Assembly (NCBI GenBank): GCA_039679455.1 | Contig: JBDKUX010000135.1 | Coordinates: 1 to 26,332, forward strand | DNA from: Smithella sp. | GTDB taxonomy: Bacteria > Desulfobacterota > Syntrophia > Syntrophales > Smithellaceae | Direction: 5' to 3' | DNA: 26,332 bases | In this document: positions 10,324 through 19,098 of the stretch, one piece after another | Layout of the letters: the number at the start of each line of letters is the position of its first letter | How positions within the stretch are numbered: position 1 is the first letter of the stretch | Notes under the pieces: model-generated | Database searches by the model: none | Seen by the model: only the letters and a program-made list of their open reading frames with translations | Told to the model about the DNA's origin: nothing | Position numbers and translations under genes: made by a program

Positions 10324-13300
10324 TTATTGATTAAGTCGTGCTTTTATCCGTTCGGCTATCACTTCAACCTGCTCGCTGAAAAGCACTTCCAGAGAAATGG
10401 ATTCCAGACATTCATCATTCCAGGGCAAATTGTATTCGTTGATGAGGTTCCGGATATCCTGGTAACGATAACCCAGCACTTTTATCTTTTCCCTGAGCGG
10501 CAGTGCTTCATTATAGAGGATATGAATCAAAAGCAGGTTAATTACTATGTTGTTCTCTCCCAAAAGGGGAATGATAACAAGGGGTACACCGTCGGATTTG
10601 CCTCGTCCAACATAGGCGTGGCCGGAACTGACGATCATTTTTTTCGTGCCCATCAGCGTTGCCGGCTGGTCGGCGCGTGACTGCATATACATAGCCACAC
10701 CGCCTTTAGCTTTGATGGCAATTGTCGAATTTTCCATTGGATTTCCCTGTTCGTCCAGTCCGCTTACATCGTAGGCGGTATATCCCCGTACAGTCGCAAT
10801 GGCCGGCTGGATACGTTTAATCGTCATGATATTGCGATAAGTCAAATTTTTCACAGAGAAATTAAGTGATTCCAGTAAATTATAAATAATGCCCTCAAGT
10901 TTTTTCTCCTTGCGGCTGGTGCCCACCGTAACCGTTTTCGCCTGATGGCGAATGGCATCTATCGGACGGGTAAGTTCGTCAATGGCCGTTCCCAACGTTA
11001 CATCCAGAAGATCAAAAGGAGAAATAAAGTCTCCCTTAATTTTAAATTCCTGACGAATGTCGTGCAGCGGCAGTTTGCCCACCACATATTTGAGCAAGAG
11101 CGGCAGATCGGCGATTGTTTTAGCCTCCATCAGACCAAACGCACCGTTTAGACGACGATTATTGAACTGTAAATAAAAATCATTGATAATCCGATGGAAG
11201 GAAGCATCGGCAATCATATCAAAAACTGATAATTTCCTTTGCATTCTCTGCGCGAGTTCCACCGCCAGGCGACCGCGGAATTCACGAAAGATCTGCGCCT
11301 CTTCATCGATGGCGCGCGCCGCAAAATAACCCCACAAATGACCGGCCATTGTATTCAGGATAACCGGCAGGGGAGCGGGTGCGACGGGTATGGGAATGAC
11401 GGCATCGGCAATTTGATGAAAACGGTTCTCTCCTTCATCAGCAAAGACAATCACTGAAGCTTTATGGGCTTTAAAAATCGCCACATCCTTAACGACATCT
11501 TCCACGACGGTTGCCGGATTGCCGGCGGCGCAGACAAGAATTAAAGGTTCGGAAGACAAATCGATATGCTTTTTATTTTCAACAATGTCGGATGAAATGG
11601 TTTTATAGCAGAGCTCACTGAGTTTTATGCGCACTTCATCAGCCGCCGCCTTATTGGGGCCGCTGCCGACGATAGCCCAGTATCTTTTATCTGCGGCTTT
11701 TTTCACCGAGGCGGCGATATCGTCACGCCGTGCGAACAGCTGATCCATCAGGCCGGGTACGGATTCCAGCCGGAGTAATTGCCGGGCGATGTCATCGTTG
11801 GACCGCGTCCCCAGAAGTTGCGCAAAAAATAAAGCCAGCACCTGTCCGGCAACGATCTGGGCATAAAAAGCTTTGGTCGAAGCGACGGACATTTCTATGT
11901 CGCGTCCGTCGCTGGTATAAAATACGCCATGCGATATAGCGGTAATGTCGGACTGCCGGCGATTGACAATGGATATAATATGCGCGCCGCGTTCCCTGGC
12001 CATGGCCACAGCCCTGTTGGTGTCGGTAGTGGTGCCGGACTGCGTGATGGGAATGACCAGCGTGTCGGGACCTTCGGCATTCAGCCCGAATCCACTCAAT
12101 TCGGAGGCAACCCGGGCCAGAATATTAAGATGCCTGCTCTGGAGGTAATATGACAATGCGTCGGCCACCACCTGTCCCGCAACTGCCGCCGTTCCGTGAC
12201 CGACGACGACGATGTTCTTTAGCATGCCGTTTACCAGGGCTTTGCGCACCGCATCGGGAACTATATCCGTTCCCATGTTGAAATCGACATGCGCAGAGGA
12301 GTTATTGAAGCCGGTGATACGGTATTTGCCGCGCAGCGTTCTTTTGATCGACAGGGCGGATTCGGAAATTTCCTTGAGGAAAAAATGCGGATAACCGCCG
12401 CGGTCGATATCCCGTGTAGTAATCTCCGCCGTTTGCAGATTGTTTTCCGTTAACTCAATCATTTTGCCGTCATAGCAACAGACGGACAGCCCCGCTAGAC
12501 CGCTATTGCAATTCTGATCCAGAACAAATATCTGGCCGGCAACCCCGCCACTGCCCGCCTCACCGTTCATCTTGATGAAACGCGGCATGACCTCCACCAG
12601 GCCGTAAAGTTCCGAAGAAAACATGTATTGGTCAGCGTTTAAACCGACGTAGATCGACTGGCCGCTGCCTTTGAGCGCCAAAAACATTTTACCGGGCTCG
12701 AGAGCACTGGTCATGGCAATAGCATGCGATCCTTCAAAATCATTGACGGCCAGACGGAATGCCTCCGCAAGATTTTGCCCCGCCTTCAGATACTTCTCGA
12801 TCTGCAGCGGTATGATTTTTGTGTCCGTTGTTACCTGTTGGGCAATCAGGTCGCCACCAGCCTCCAGGTCCTGCCGCAAAGCCGGGTAGTTATCTATATC
12901 GCCATTTAAAACAGCATTAATCTGCGCCTGGGCACCGGGATAAAAGGGATAAACAGGCGTGGACGGAACTGTTGTGTAATTGTTTACCGGATGGCAATTT
13001 TCTTCGGTGATGGAACCGACGGACGCCCAGCGTGTATGCGTCAACGCCGTTTCACAAGCTGCTTCCGATGCACAGAAACATTGCAGTATCCGGTCGCTTT
13101 GAATGAATTTTCTCAGTTCAGCGACATTACGCCCCAGTTCGCCGACAATAGAAAAGGTTTTATAGGTAAACGCAACGCTGATCCCGCCGGAGCAGCCCGT
13201 TTGATCGTTGGAAATAAAAATGGAGCGGTTAAGCAAATCACTTTTTTTAGTCCGTTGCTGATATTCCTCAGTCAACCCGTTTTCCCTAATTAGAAGAACA

Positions 13301-14040
13301 ACATCCTGCAGTTCTGTTTCATTTTTCAGTTCAAAAACCAGCTGGATACCCGCCGAATCTCTTCCCCGGACTTCCAGACGATCCAGGGCATTTAGAAGAA
13401 GATTGAATTTTCTGTATTTTCGGAAAGCATCAGGTTGTACTAAGGCATGTTTTTCCGCATCGGACAATGCCAGCACTTTCTGTATATTGGCCAGAACATC
13501 TTTCTCCAGCATCCAGCAAACATCTTTGAGCAGAAGAATACGACTGTTGATTATCTCCAAATCGACGGAGCCAATTACAACAGCTTGATTTTCAAGCCAT
13601 TTTTCTTCATCTACCAGAAACCGCTTCATTTCACCGGCAACATTAACCAGATCCGCCGCACGTTGCGTGTGGAAAAAAAGAAATTCCTGTGCATCCTCGC
13701 GTTTAAGTTCCAAAACGGCCGCATTCATGGCTTCGACAGTATCCATGCCGTTTAAGTAACCGGTTACGGAACCTTTGGGGGCAACAGTTTGCAAGCCGTT
13801 TGCCCTGACTTTTTTCCACAATTCGTTTATTGTCAGATCAGCCGTCGTATCCGCATCTTTTTTCGCCAGACGGCAAGTCATTAAGCCTGCGAAACCGCAA
13901 TTGAGCTGCCCGGAAAGCAGCGGAAAAAAGATAATCGCCGGTCCTTGAACGTAAGCAGGATGCCGGCCGATATAAATTCGGCAACTGGAAATTAGACAAA
14001 GAAAAGTTTTTATAATATTGAATATTTTTATATAAAACAT
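10324..14040 (-). CDS. Giant GlmS-like glutamine amidotransferase: class-II (Ntn) GATase domain with large insertion, tandem SIS domains, ~400-aa C-terminal extension of unknown function
   Basis: 1238-aa ORF. A CGFAGL nucleophile motif sits at residue 48, matching the MCGIVG pattern of GlmS/PurF/AsnB. GlmS-like motifs follow: RLEVRGRDSAGIQ, HTRWASVGS, LNGDIDNY. Two SIS domains are present: VVVGHGTAAVAGQ...IPITQSGTTTDT and YWAIVGSGPNKAAADE...LILVCAAGN. There is no canonical start codon directly before Cys48, so a propeptide is implied. An AGGAT SD lies 5 nt upstream of the ATG at 14040. Confidence 0.8.
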   Translation of the reverse strand: MFYIKIFNIIKTFLCLISSCRIYIGRHPAYVQGPAIIFFPLLSGQLNCGFAGLMTCRLAKKDADTTADLTINELWKKVRANGLQTVAPKGSVTGYLNGMDTVEAMNAAVLELKREDAQEFLFFHTQRAADLVNVAGEMKRFLVDEEKWLENQAVVIGSVDLEIINSRILLLKDVCWMLEKDVLANIQKVLALSDAEKHALVQPDAFRKYRKFNLLLNALDRLEVRGRDSAGIQLVFELKNETELQDVVLLIRENGLTEEYQQRTKKSDLLNRSIFISNDQTGCSGGISVAFTYKTFSIVGELGRNVAELRKFIQSDRILQCFCASEAACETALTHTRWASVGSITEENCHPVNNYTTVPSTPVYPFYPGAQAQINAVLNGDIDNYPALRQDLEAGGDLIAQQVTTDTKIIPLQIEKYLKAGQNLAEAFRLAVNDFEGSHAIAMTSALEPGKMFLALKGSGQSIYVGLNADQYMFSSELYGLVEVMPRFIKMNGEAGSGGVAGQIFVLDQNCNSGLAGLSVCCYDGKMIELTENNLQTAEITTRDIDRGGYPHFFLKEISESALSIKRTLRGKYRITGFNNSSAHVDFNMGTDIVPDAVRKALVNGMLKNIVVVGHGTAAVAGQVVADALSYYLQSRHLNILARVASELSGFGLNAEGPDTLVIPITQSGTTTDTNRAVAMARERGAHIISIVNRRQSDITAISHGVFYTSDGRDIEMSVASTKAFYAQIVAGQVLALFFAQLLGTRSNDDIARQLLRLESVPGLMDQLFARRDDIAASVKKAADKRYWAIVGSGPNKAAADEVRIKLSELCYKTISSDIVENKKHIDLSSEPLILVCAAGNPATVVEDVVKDVAIFKAHKASVIVFADEGENRFHQIADAVIPIPVAPAPLPVILNTMAGHLWGYFAARAIDEEAQIFREFRGRLAVELAQRMQRKLSVFDMIADASFHRIINDFYLQFNNRRLNGAFGLMEAKTIADLPLLLKYVVGKLPLHDIRQEFKIKGDFISPFDLLDVTLGTAIDELTRPIDAIRHQAKTVTVGTSRKEKKLEGIIYNLLESLNFSVKNLTYRNIMTIKRIQPAIATVRGYTAYDVSGLDEQGNPMENSTIAIKAKGGVAMYMQSRADQPATLMGTKKMIVSSGHAYVGRGKSDGVPLVIIPLLGENNIVINLLLIHILYNEALPLREKIKVLGYRYQDIRNLINEYNLPWNDECLESISLEVLFSEQVEVIAERIKARLNQ

Positions 14041-14208
14041 TATTCATCCTATGCCACAGGATTTTGTTTTTTAAAGGTACGCCTGCGGTGATTTTTTAAT
14101 GCTATTTACTGTCTGTTGGAAAAGAATACAAGATATGCAATTACTGTGCGCTGCCGTGTATTCGACAACAATTTAAATATTGTCAGATATAAATAATTTT
14201 GGTTGTGT

Positions 14209-14514
14209 TTATTTATTTTTCCCATTGTTTATGCCCACCCTGGCCATTTTATCCGTAAATGTATTGCGATTCATGCCGAGAAATGCCGCCGCAGTACTTT
14301 TCACATTGTTTGACCGTCGTAAGGCAACCTTGAACAAACCTTTTTCCACCATTGTCATAACTTCTTCATAAAGTTTGCTTTTGCGGCCATCAGACGCTGA
14401 TAAAAATGTAACAAGTTCTTCCAGTCTTTTTTCTATCAATCTTTCCACAACCAACTTCGGAGGTTCCTTAACTTCTTCAGTTTGAACTTGATCGTTTTGC
14501 ATTTCCGGCCGCAT
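14209..14514 (-). CDS. Small Fis-family DNA-binding protein (Fis/NtrC C-terminal-type HTH)
   Basis: C-terminus ...LYEEVMTMVEKGLFKVALRRSNNVKSTAAAFLGMNRNTFTDKMARVG is a classic Fis-type HTH. The track ORF starts at a GTG at 14544 with no SD. The ATG at 14514 (MRPEMQ...) has AGAGGAA 8 nt upstream, so that start is chosen. Confidence 0.6.
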   Translation of the reverse strand: MRPEMQNDQVQTEEVKEPPKLVVERLIEKRLEELVTFLSASDGRKSKLYEEVMTMVEKGLFKVALRRSNNVKSTAAAFLGMNRNTFTDKMARVGINNGKNK

Positions 14515-14568
14515 TTTTGAAGTTCCTCTCTTTTCGAATTCCACTTTTAAAACCAGTATTTATCGAGG

Positions 14569-15090
14569 CTAAATCTGAGTTTCCGATATTTTTAAAATTA
14601 TAACACCGATTATAATCCCGACAGCAACCCAACTCATCACTATCAGTGAAAGCCGCTCCAGGGGATGATCCAGATATTTTTTTACTTCAACTTCCACCTT
14701 TTCCTCATCCAACCTGTCCATAATGGAGCTTACAAGTAAAGCATGATTCTCGAATAGATTGGAAAAAATATAAAAGCCTTTTGTCGTCGTCAGCAGGAAA
14801 TAAACTTTCTTTTTCAAAACAACTACAGCCAGATGCGTAATTTCCATCCATCCGAATTCTTTAGAACGGAAAAAATTTTTAATTTTCAATCCCTGATCGT
14901 GAACAATTATTTCTCTTTTCACCATACCCATGCCCACAGCCAGAGAAGCCAGAAAAAGAACCGCCGCAGCTATGATCTCCCAGCGCTGGCCATTGATCAG
15001 ACTGATGAAAAAAAGTAAAAATAAAAGCATTACTATCAAGAACAAAGGTATAAGAAATGCTTTCCTGATTTTAAAAAAAGTCTCGTTCAT
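14569..15090 (-). CDS. Small integral membrane protein (2 N-terminal TM helices, soluble middle, C-terminal TM). Function unknown
   Basis: 173-aa ORF with hydrophobic stretches LIPLFLIVMLLFLLFFISLI, IIAAAVLFLASLAVGMGMV and VMSWVAVGIIIGVIIL. Co-directional with, and immediately upstream of, the Fis-like gene. No recognisable catalytic motif. Confidence 0.5.
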   Translation of the reverse strand: MNETFFKIRKAFLIPLFLIVMLLFLLFFISLINGQRWEIIAAAVLFLASLAVGMGMVKREIIVHDQGLKIKNFFRSKEFGWMEITHLAVVVLKKKVYFLLTTTKGFYIFSNLFENHALLVSSIMDRLDEEKVEVEVKKYLDHPLERLSLIVMSWVAVGIIIGVIILKISETQI

Positions 15091-15308
15091 ACTTAATTAA
15101 TAACACTTTGGGGAAGCCGTAGACTCTGCCAACGTTAGATTCCCATTATAAGGGGTAGCAAGATTTGGATAGCTTTCTTTGGTAACTTTAGCATAGGGAA
15201 GATTTGGAGTCAAGGAAGTCAAGCAAGTTAACAATAAATTATATTTCTTGATATCTGCAACCGGATTGACTAGTATTTTTCAGCTAAAAAATCATTGGAG
15301 TATGATAG

Positions 15309-16838
15309 GTGTTCGTTAAAGTTTTTGGCATGAGTATCATCGGCATGGAATCTTACCCTGTTGCCGTGGAAGTTGATATATCCGACGGCTTGCCCCAGTT
15401 CTCCACGGTCGGCCTGCCTGATGCTTCTGTTAAAGAAAGCCGGGACAGAATCAAAGCTGCAATAAAAAACTCCGGTTACCGCTTCCCGCGCAGCCATGTG
15501 ACAATAAATTTGGCACCGGCTGATATAAAAAAAGAAGGCACCGGCTTTGACCTGCCGATTGCCGTCGGAATTCTCTCCGCTGAAGAGTTGATTAAAGAAG
15601 ATTCTTTCGAAAATTGTTTTTTCATCGGCGAACTTTCTCTTGACGGCAGCATTAAAAGCGTGCGGGGTGTACTACCTGCCGCCCTGAAAGCAAAGGAACT
15701 GGGCTTTAAAAAAGTTTTTGTCCCTGAAGAAAATGCCGCTGAAGCGGCGATAGTCGAAGGGATTTCCGTCTTTGGGGTAAACACTCTGCCGGATGTTGTC
15801 GAATTTTTAAATAACCGGAAAATCATAGAACCGCTTGTTTTGGATATCAGCAACATTTTCCGGGAACATCGCCAATATGAAATTGATTTCAATGAAATCA
15901 AGGGGCAGCGGCAGGCTCTTCGCGCTCTGGAAATCGCCGCCGCCGGGGGTCATAATGTAATCATGATCGGCCCTCCCGGCTCCGGAAAAAGCATGCTGGC
16001 CAAAAGAATGCCCACAATTCTGCCCGACCTCAATTTTGAGGAAGCCATCGAAGTAACAAAAATCTTTTCTGTTTCCGGATCATTAAGTAAAACAGACACT
16101 TTGATTGCCGTGCGTCCTTTCCGGGCGCCTCATCATACAATTTCGGATGCCGGACTAGTTGGCGGCGGGCAGACACCGCATCCCGGCGAAATCAGCCTCT
16201 CCCATCTGGGAGTCCTTTTTCTAGATGAGCTGCCGGAGTTCAGAAGAAATGTTCTGGAAGCTCTCAGACAGCCTTTGGAAGAAGGTACCATAACAATTAC
16301 GCGCTCTTCGGTTACGGCATCATTTCCCGCCAGGTTTATGCTGATTGCCGCCATGAATCCCTGCCCCTGCGGGTATTTCGGTGACAGAATCCGCACTTGC
16401 CGCTGCTCCCCCCAGCAGATTCGGCAATATCAGGCAAAAATATCAGGCCCCCTGCTGGATCGGATCGATTTGCACATCGAAGTTCCCTCGATTAAATACC
16501 GCGCCCTGTCCAACAAGGAAGAGGGAGAATCCTCCGCGACGATAAAGGAACGCGTCAATGCAGCGCGCAACCGGCAGATAAAACGGTATGAAGGCAGCGG
16601 CATCTTTTGCAACGCCCGGATGACCGAAATGCAGATCAAAACTTACTGCTCCATTGATGAAGAATCGCACAGGCTTTTGGAAATGGCGATTGAAAAGCTG
16701 GGCTTAAGCGCCCGCGCCATCAACCGCATTTTAAAAGTCTCCCGCACTATTGCCGATCTGGAAAATAAAAAAGCCGTTGAACCGGCTCATGTTGCCGAAG
16801 CAATTCAATATCGAAGCCTTGATCGCAGTTTAATTTAG
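15309..16838 (+). CDS. comM: YifB/ComM family Mg-chelatase-like AAA+ ATPase
   Basis: N-terminal Lon-like/ChlI domain, Walker A GPPGSGKSM, Walker B LFLDELPEF, and the C-terminal zinc-ribbon-like CPCGYFGDRIRTCRCS. GTG start at 15309 with a GGAG SD 9 nt upstream. An alternative ATG lies at 15330. Confidence 0.9.
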   Translation: MFVKVFGMSIIGMESYPVAVEVDISDGLPQFSTVGLPDASVKESRDRIKAAIKNSGYRFPRSHVTINLAPADIKKEGTGFDLPIAVGILSAEELIKEDSFENCFFIGELSLDGSIKSVRGVLPAALKAKELGFKKVFVPEENAAEAAIVEGISVFGVNTLPDVVEFLNNRKIIEPLVLDISNIFREHRQYEIDFNEIKGQRQALRALEIAAAGGHNVIMIGPPGSGKSMLAKRMPTILPDLNFEEAIEVTKIFSVSGSLSKTDTLIAVRPFRAPHHTISDAGLVGGGQTPHPGEISLSHLGVLFLDELPEFRRNVLEALRQPLEEGTITITRSSVTASFPARFMLIAAMNPCPCGYFGDRIRTCRCSPQQIRQYQAKISGPLLDRIDLHIEVPSIKYRALSNKEEGESSATIKERVNAARNRQIKRYEGSGIFCNARMTEMQIKTYCSIDEESHRLLEMAIEKLGLSARAINRILKVSRTIADLENKKAVEPAHVAEAIQYRSLDRSLI

Positions 16839-16935
16839 TGATATGGCAATAATATTTTACAGTTCAGATCAAACAGATTCTTCCGGGAGCAAAAACTCCA
16901 TTCCGAAGAAGACTACTTGGAGGAAGAGAAAAATT

Positions 16936-18033
16936 ATGGAAATCAAAATTAAAAAAGCGTCGCCCACGAAAAGGAAAGTTAAACCAACTGATGAATCAAA
17001 GCTTGGCTTTGGCAAGATATTTACCGACCATTTTTTCAACATTAAATATAAGACAGGAAAAGGCTGGTATGATCCGATTATTGAACCTTACCGTCCCCTG
17101 CAATTAGAGCCGACGGCCATGTGTCTGCATTACGCCCAGGAAATTTTTGAAGGACTGAAAGCATACCGCGGTCAGGATGGATCAATTTATCTTTTCCGTC
17201 CCATCGAAAACATTAAAAGAATGAGCGTTTCCGCGGAAAAATTGTGCATGCCGCCCATGGATGAAGAAATCTTTTACGATGCCATCAAAAAACTGGTTAT
17301 TTTGGAAAAGGACTGGATACCCCGCGGTGAAGGCACATCCCTTTATATCCGCCCCACAATGATCGCTACGGAGGCCGCTTTGGGCGTTCATCCAGCCAAT
17401 GAATTTCTCTTTTTTATTGTGGTGGGACCGGTGGGAGCCTATTATCCGCAGGGATTTTCCCCGACCAAGATGTATGTATCCGAAGAATATGTCCGGGCAA
17501 CCAAGGGTGGGACAGGCAACATTAAAGCGGCAATTAATTATGCAGCAAGTCTCTATGCCAGTCAACTTGCCACAAAAATGGGTTATACCCAGGTCTTATG
17601 GCTGGATGCCGTCGAAAAGAAGTATGTGGAAGAAGTGGGCACCAGCAACATTTTCTTCGTTATCGGCGATGAATTAATCACTCCGCCTCTGGCCGGCACC
17701 ATCCTGCCGGGAGTCACTCGTAATTCGGTCATCAAACTGGCGGACTTCCTGGGAACAAAAGTCGTCGAAAGACCGATTACTATTCAGGAAGTCATTTCAT
17801 CATCCGAAAATGGAACACTCCGGGAAGCTTTCGCCTCAGGGACCGCCGCGGTCATTTCTCCGGTCGGACAACTTTATTTCCGCGGCAAAGAATATTTAAT
17901 CAACGGCGGTAAATCCGGTCCATTAGCCGAAAAATTGTATACCGAAATTTTGCAAATCCAGTATGGCCGGAAAGAAGATCCCTTTGGCTGGCGCGTCAAA
18001 ATTTTGGACGGGAAAAAAGTTAAAAAGGGGTGA
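16936..18033 (+). CDS. ilvE: Branched-chain amino acid aminotransferase (long, class IV; YwaA/IlvK/eukaryotic-BCAT type)
   Basis: MEIKIKKASPTKRKVKPTDESKLGFGKIFTDHFFNIKYKTGKGWYDPIIEPYRPLQLEPTAMCLHYAQEIFEGLKAYR... aligns with the ~363-aa BCAT family. PLP-Lys region ...TKGGTGNIKAAINYAAS. The track ORF begins at 16843 (MAIIF...) without an RBS. The MEIKIK ATG at 16936 has a GGAGGAAGAGA purine-rich SD. Confidence 0.88.
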   Translation: MEIKIKKASPTKRKVKPTDESKLGFGKIFTDHFFNIKYKTGKGWYDPIIEPYRPLQLEPTAMCLHYAQEIFEGLKAYRGQDGSIYLFRPIENIKRMSVSAEKLCMPPMDEEIFYDAIKKLVILEKDWIPRGEGTSLYIRPTMIATEAALGVHPANEFLFFIVVGPVGAYYPQGFSPTKMYVSEEYVRATKGGTGNIKAAINYAASLYASQLATKMGYTQVLWLDAVEKKYVEEVGTSNIFFVIGDELITPPLAGTILPGVTRNSVIKLADFLGTKVVERPITIQEVISSSENGTLREAFASGTAAVISPVGQLYFRGKEYLINGGKSGPLAEKLYTEILQIQYGRKEDPFGWRVKILDGKKVKKG

Positions 18034-18084
18034 ATTGAGTTTTTTTCCCTTGTATACAAGCACTTGGATTTGTATTCCACAACA

Positions 18085-18120
18085 TTGTGGAAAAACTTGT
18101 GGATAACCTTGTGGATAATA
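18085..18120 (+). promoter_or_regulatory. Array of three same-orientation DnaA-box-like 9-mers (TGTGGAAAA, TGTGGATAA, TGTGGATAA) at ~11-12-bp phasing
   Basis: TGTGGATAA is the reverse complement of the consensus DnaA box TTATCCACA. Perfect copies lie at 18098-18106 and 18110-18118, with a 1-mismatch copy at 18087-18095. A weaker opposite-orientation TATTCCACA lies at 18073-18081. An AT-rich tract follows at 18175-18230. Confidence 0.4.
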
Positions 18121-18327
18121 TTCGCAAGTATGCAATTGTTAGTAGATTACACCAAATTGCATAAAATTTGAGCAACGATATTTATTTAATATTATCAATT
18201 ACATATAAATATATTCTTTATTCATGGCCACTTAGGGCAATATCGGTCAAAGGATATAAACTATATTAAAAAAGAAATATTTCTCGGGGATGTTTTCCCG
18301 GTTTTTTTCATAAGGAAAAGCAATAAA

Positions 18328-19026
18328 ATGTTTTTAAAAAGAAATAAACAGCTTATTATCACTGTGGCAGCCATTTGGTTGTTCTGTACTTTATTCATTT
18401 TTTTGGCGCCGAAAACCGCCATAACTTTGACGACTGCGCCGATAAGTGAGGTGGTCGCCCGGCTGCAGCAGAAGTACGAAAAAACCCGGGACTTCAAAGC
18501 CGGTTTCATTCAACAAACGACAATAAAATCCATAAAGAAAACAGATACAGAAGAAGGAACGGTCTTCTTTAAAAGCCCCCAGAACATGCTTTGGAACTAT
18601 TCCCGTCCCAAAGCTAAAAAACTGGTAATCAATTCCCGCAAAGCCTGGCTTTACCTTCCCCAGGAAAAAGTCGCCTATGTCCAGGAAGCCGATAACATTC
18701 TTAAATCGAGAACCTTAATTAAGTTTTTATCCGGCTTGGGTAAATTAGAAAATGATTTCACTATTCAATATGCCGCACCCCAGGCTCTGGACAAACAAGG
18801 CAATTATTTACTTTACTTAATCCCACGGGAGAAAGCGCCCACTTTACAGCCTTTTCAGGTAACGGTTGATAAGAACACTTATCTGATTTTACAGGTCAGC
18901 TTTGCCGACGCCTTGGGCAATACTACATTGCTGAAATTTTCCAATATTTCCACCAATATTGGCATTGCTGAAAAGATGTTCCAGTTCCAGCCGCCCAAAG
19001 GAGTCTCCATTTTTAATATGCCTTAA
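18328..19026 (+). CDS. lolA: Outer-membrane lipoprotein carrier protein LolA-like (periplasmic chaperone)
   Basis: N-terminal signal peptide (KQLIITVAAIWLFCTLFIFLAP), ~230 aa. Text typical of the LolA family: ...FKAGFIQQTTIKSIKK...TVFFKSPQNMLWNY... Strong AT-rich leader with AAGGAAAAG before the ATG. Confidence 0.8.
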   Translation: MFLKRNKQLIITVAAIWLFCTLFIFLAPKTAITLTTAPISEVVARLQQKYEKTRDFKAGFIQQTTIKSIKKTDTEEGTVFFKSPQNMLWNYSRPKAKKLVINSRKAWLYLPQEKVAYVQEADNILKSRTLIKFLSGLGKLENDFTIQYAAPQALDKQGNYLLYLIPREKAPTLQPFQVTVDKNTYLILQVSFADALGNTTLLKFSNISTNIGIAEKMFQFQPPKGVSIFNMP

Positions 19027-19098
19027 CAGTACCTGCACGACCATCAGGGAGAAAGTAACCAGCCATATTAACATTTTGACTTATATGCGAGGTATGAA

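Noticed and set aside
13897-14040. Possibility that the giant amidotransferase starts internally (Met54, MTCRL...) rather than at 14040
   Set aside because: Starting at Met54 would delete the CGFAGL nucleophile motif that matches class-II GATase N-termini. The ATG at 14040 has an AGGAT SD. I kept the long ORF and infer a cleaved propeptide instead. The mature N-terminus is unresolved.
14120-14145. Possible sigma54 -24/-12 element (GCGCAC-N5-TTGCAT on the minus strand) upstream of the giant amidotransferase gene
   Set aside because: The invariant GG of the -24 box is replaced by CG, and no cognate bacterial enhancer-binding protein is visible in the window. Too weak to call.
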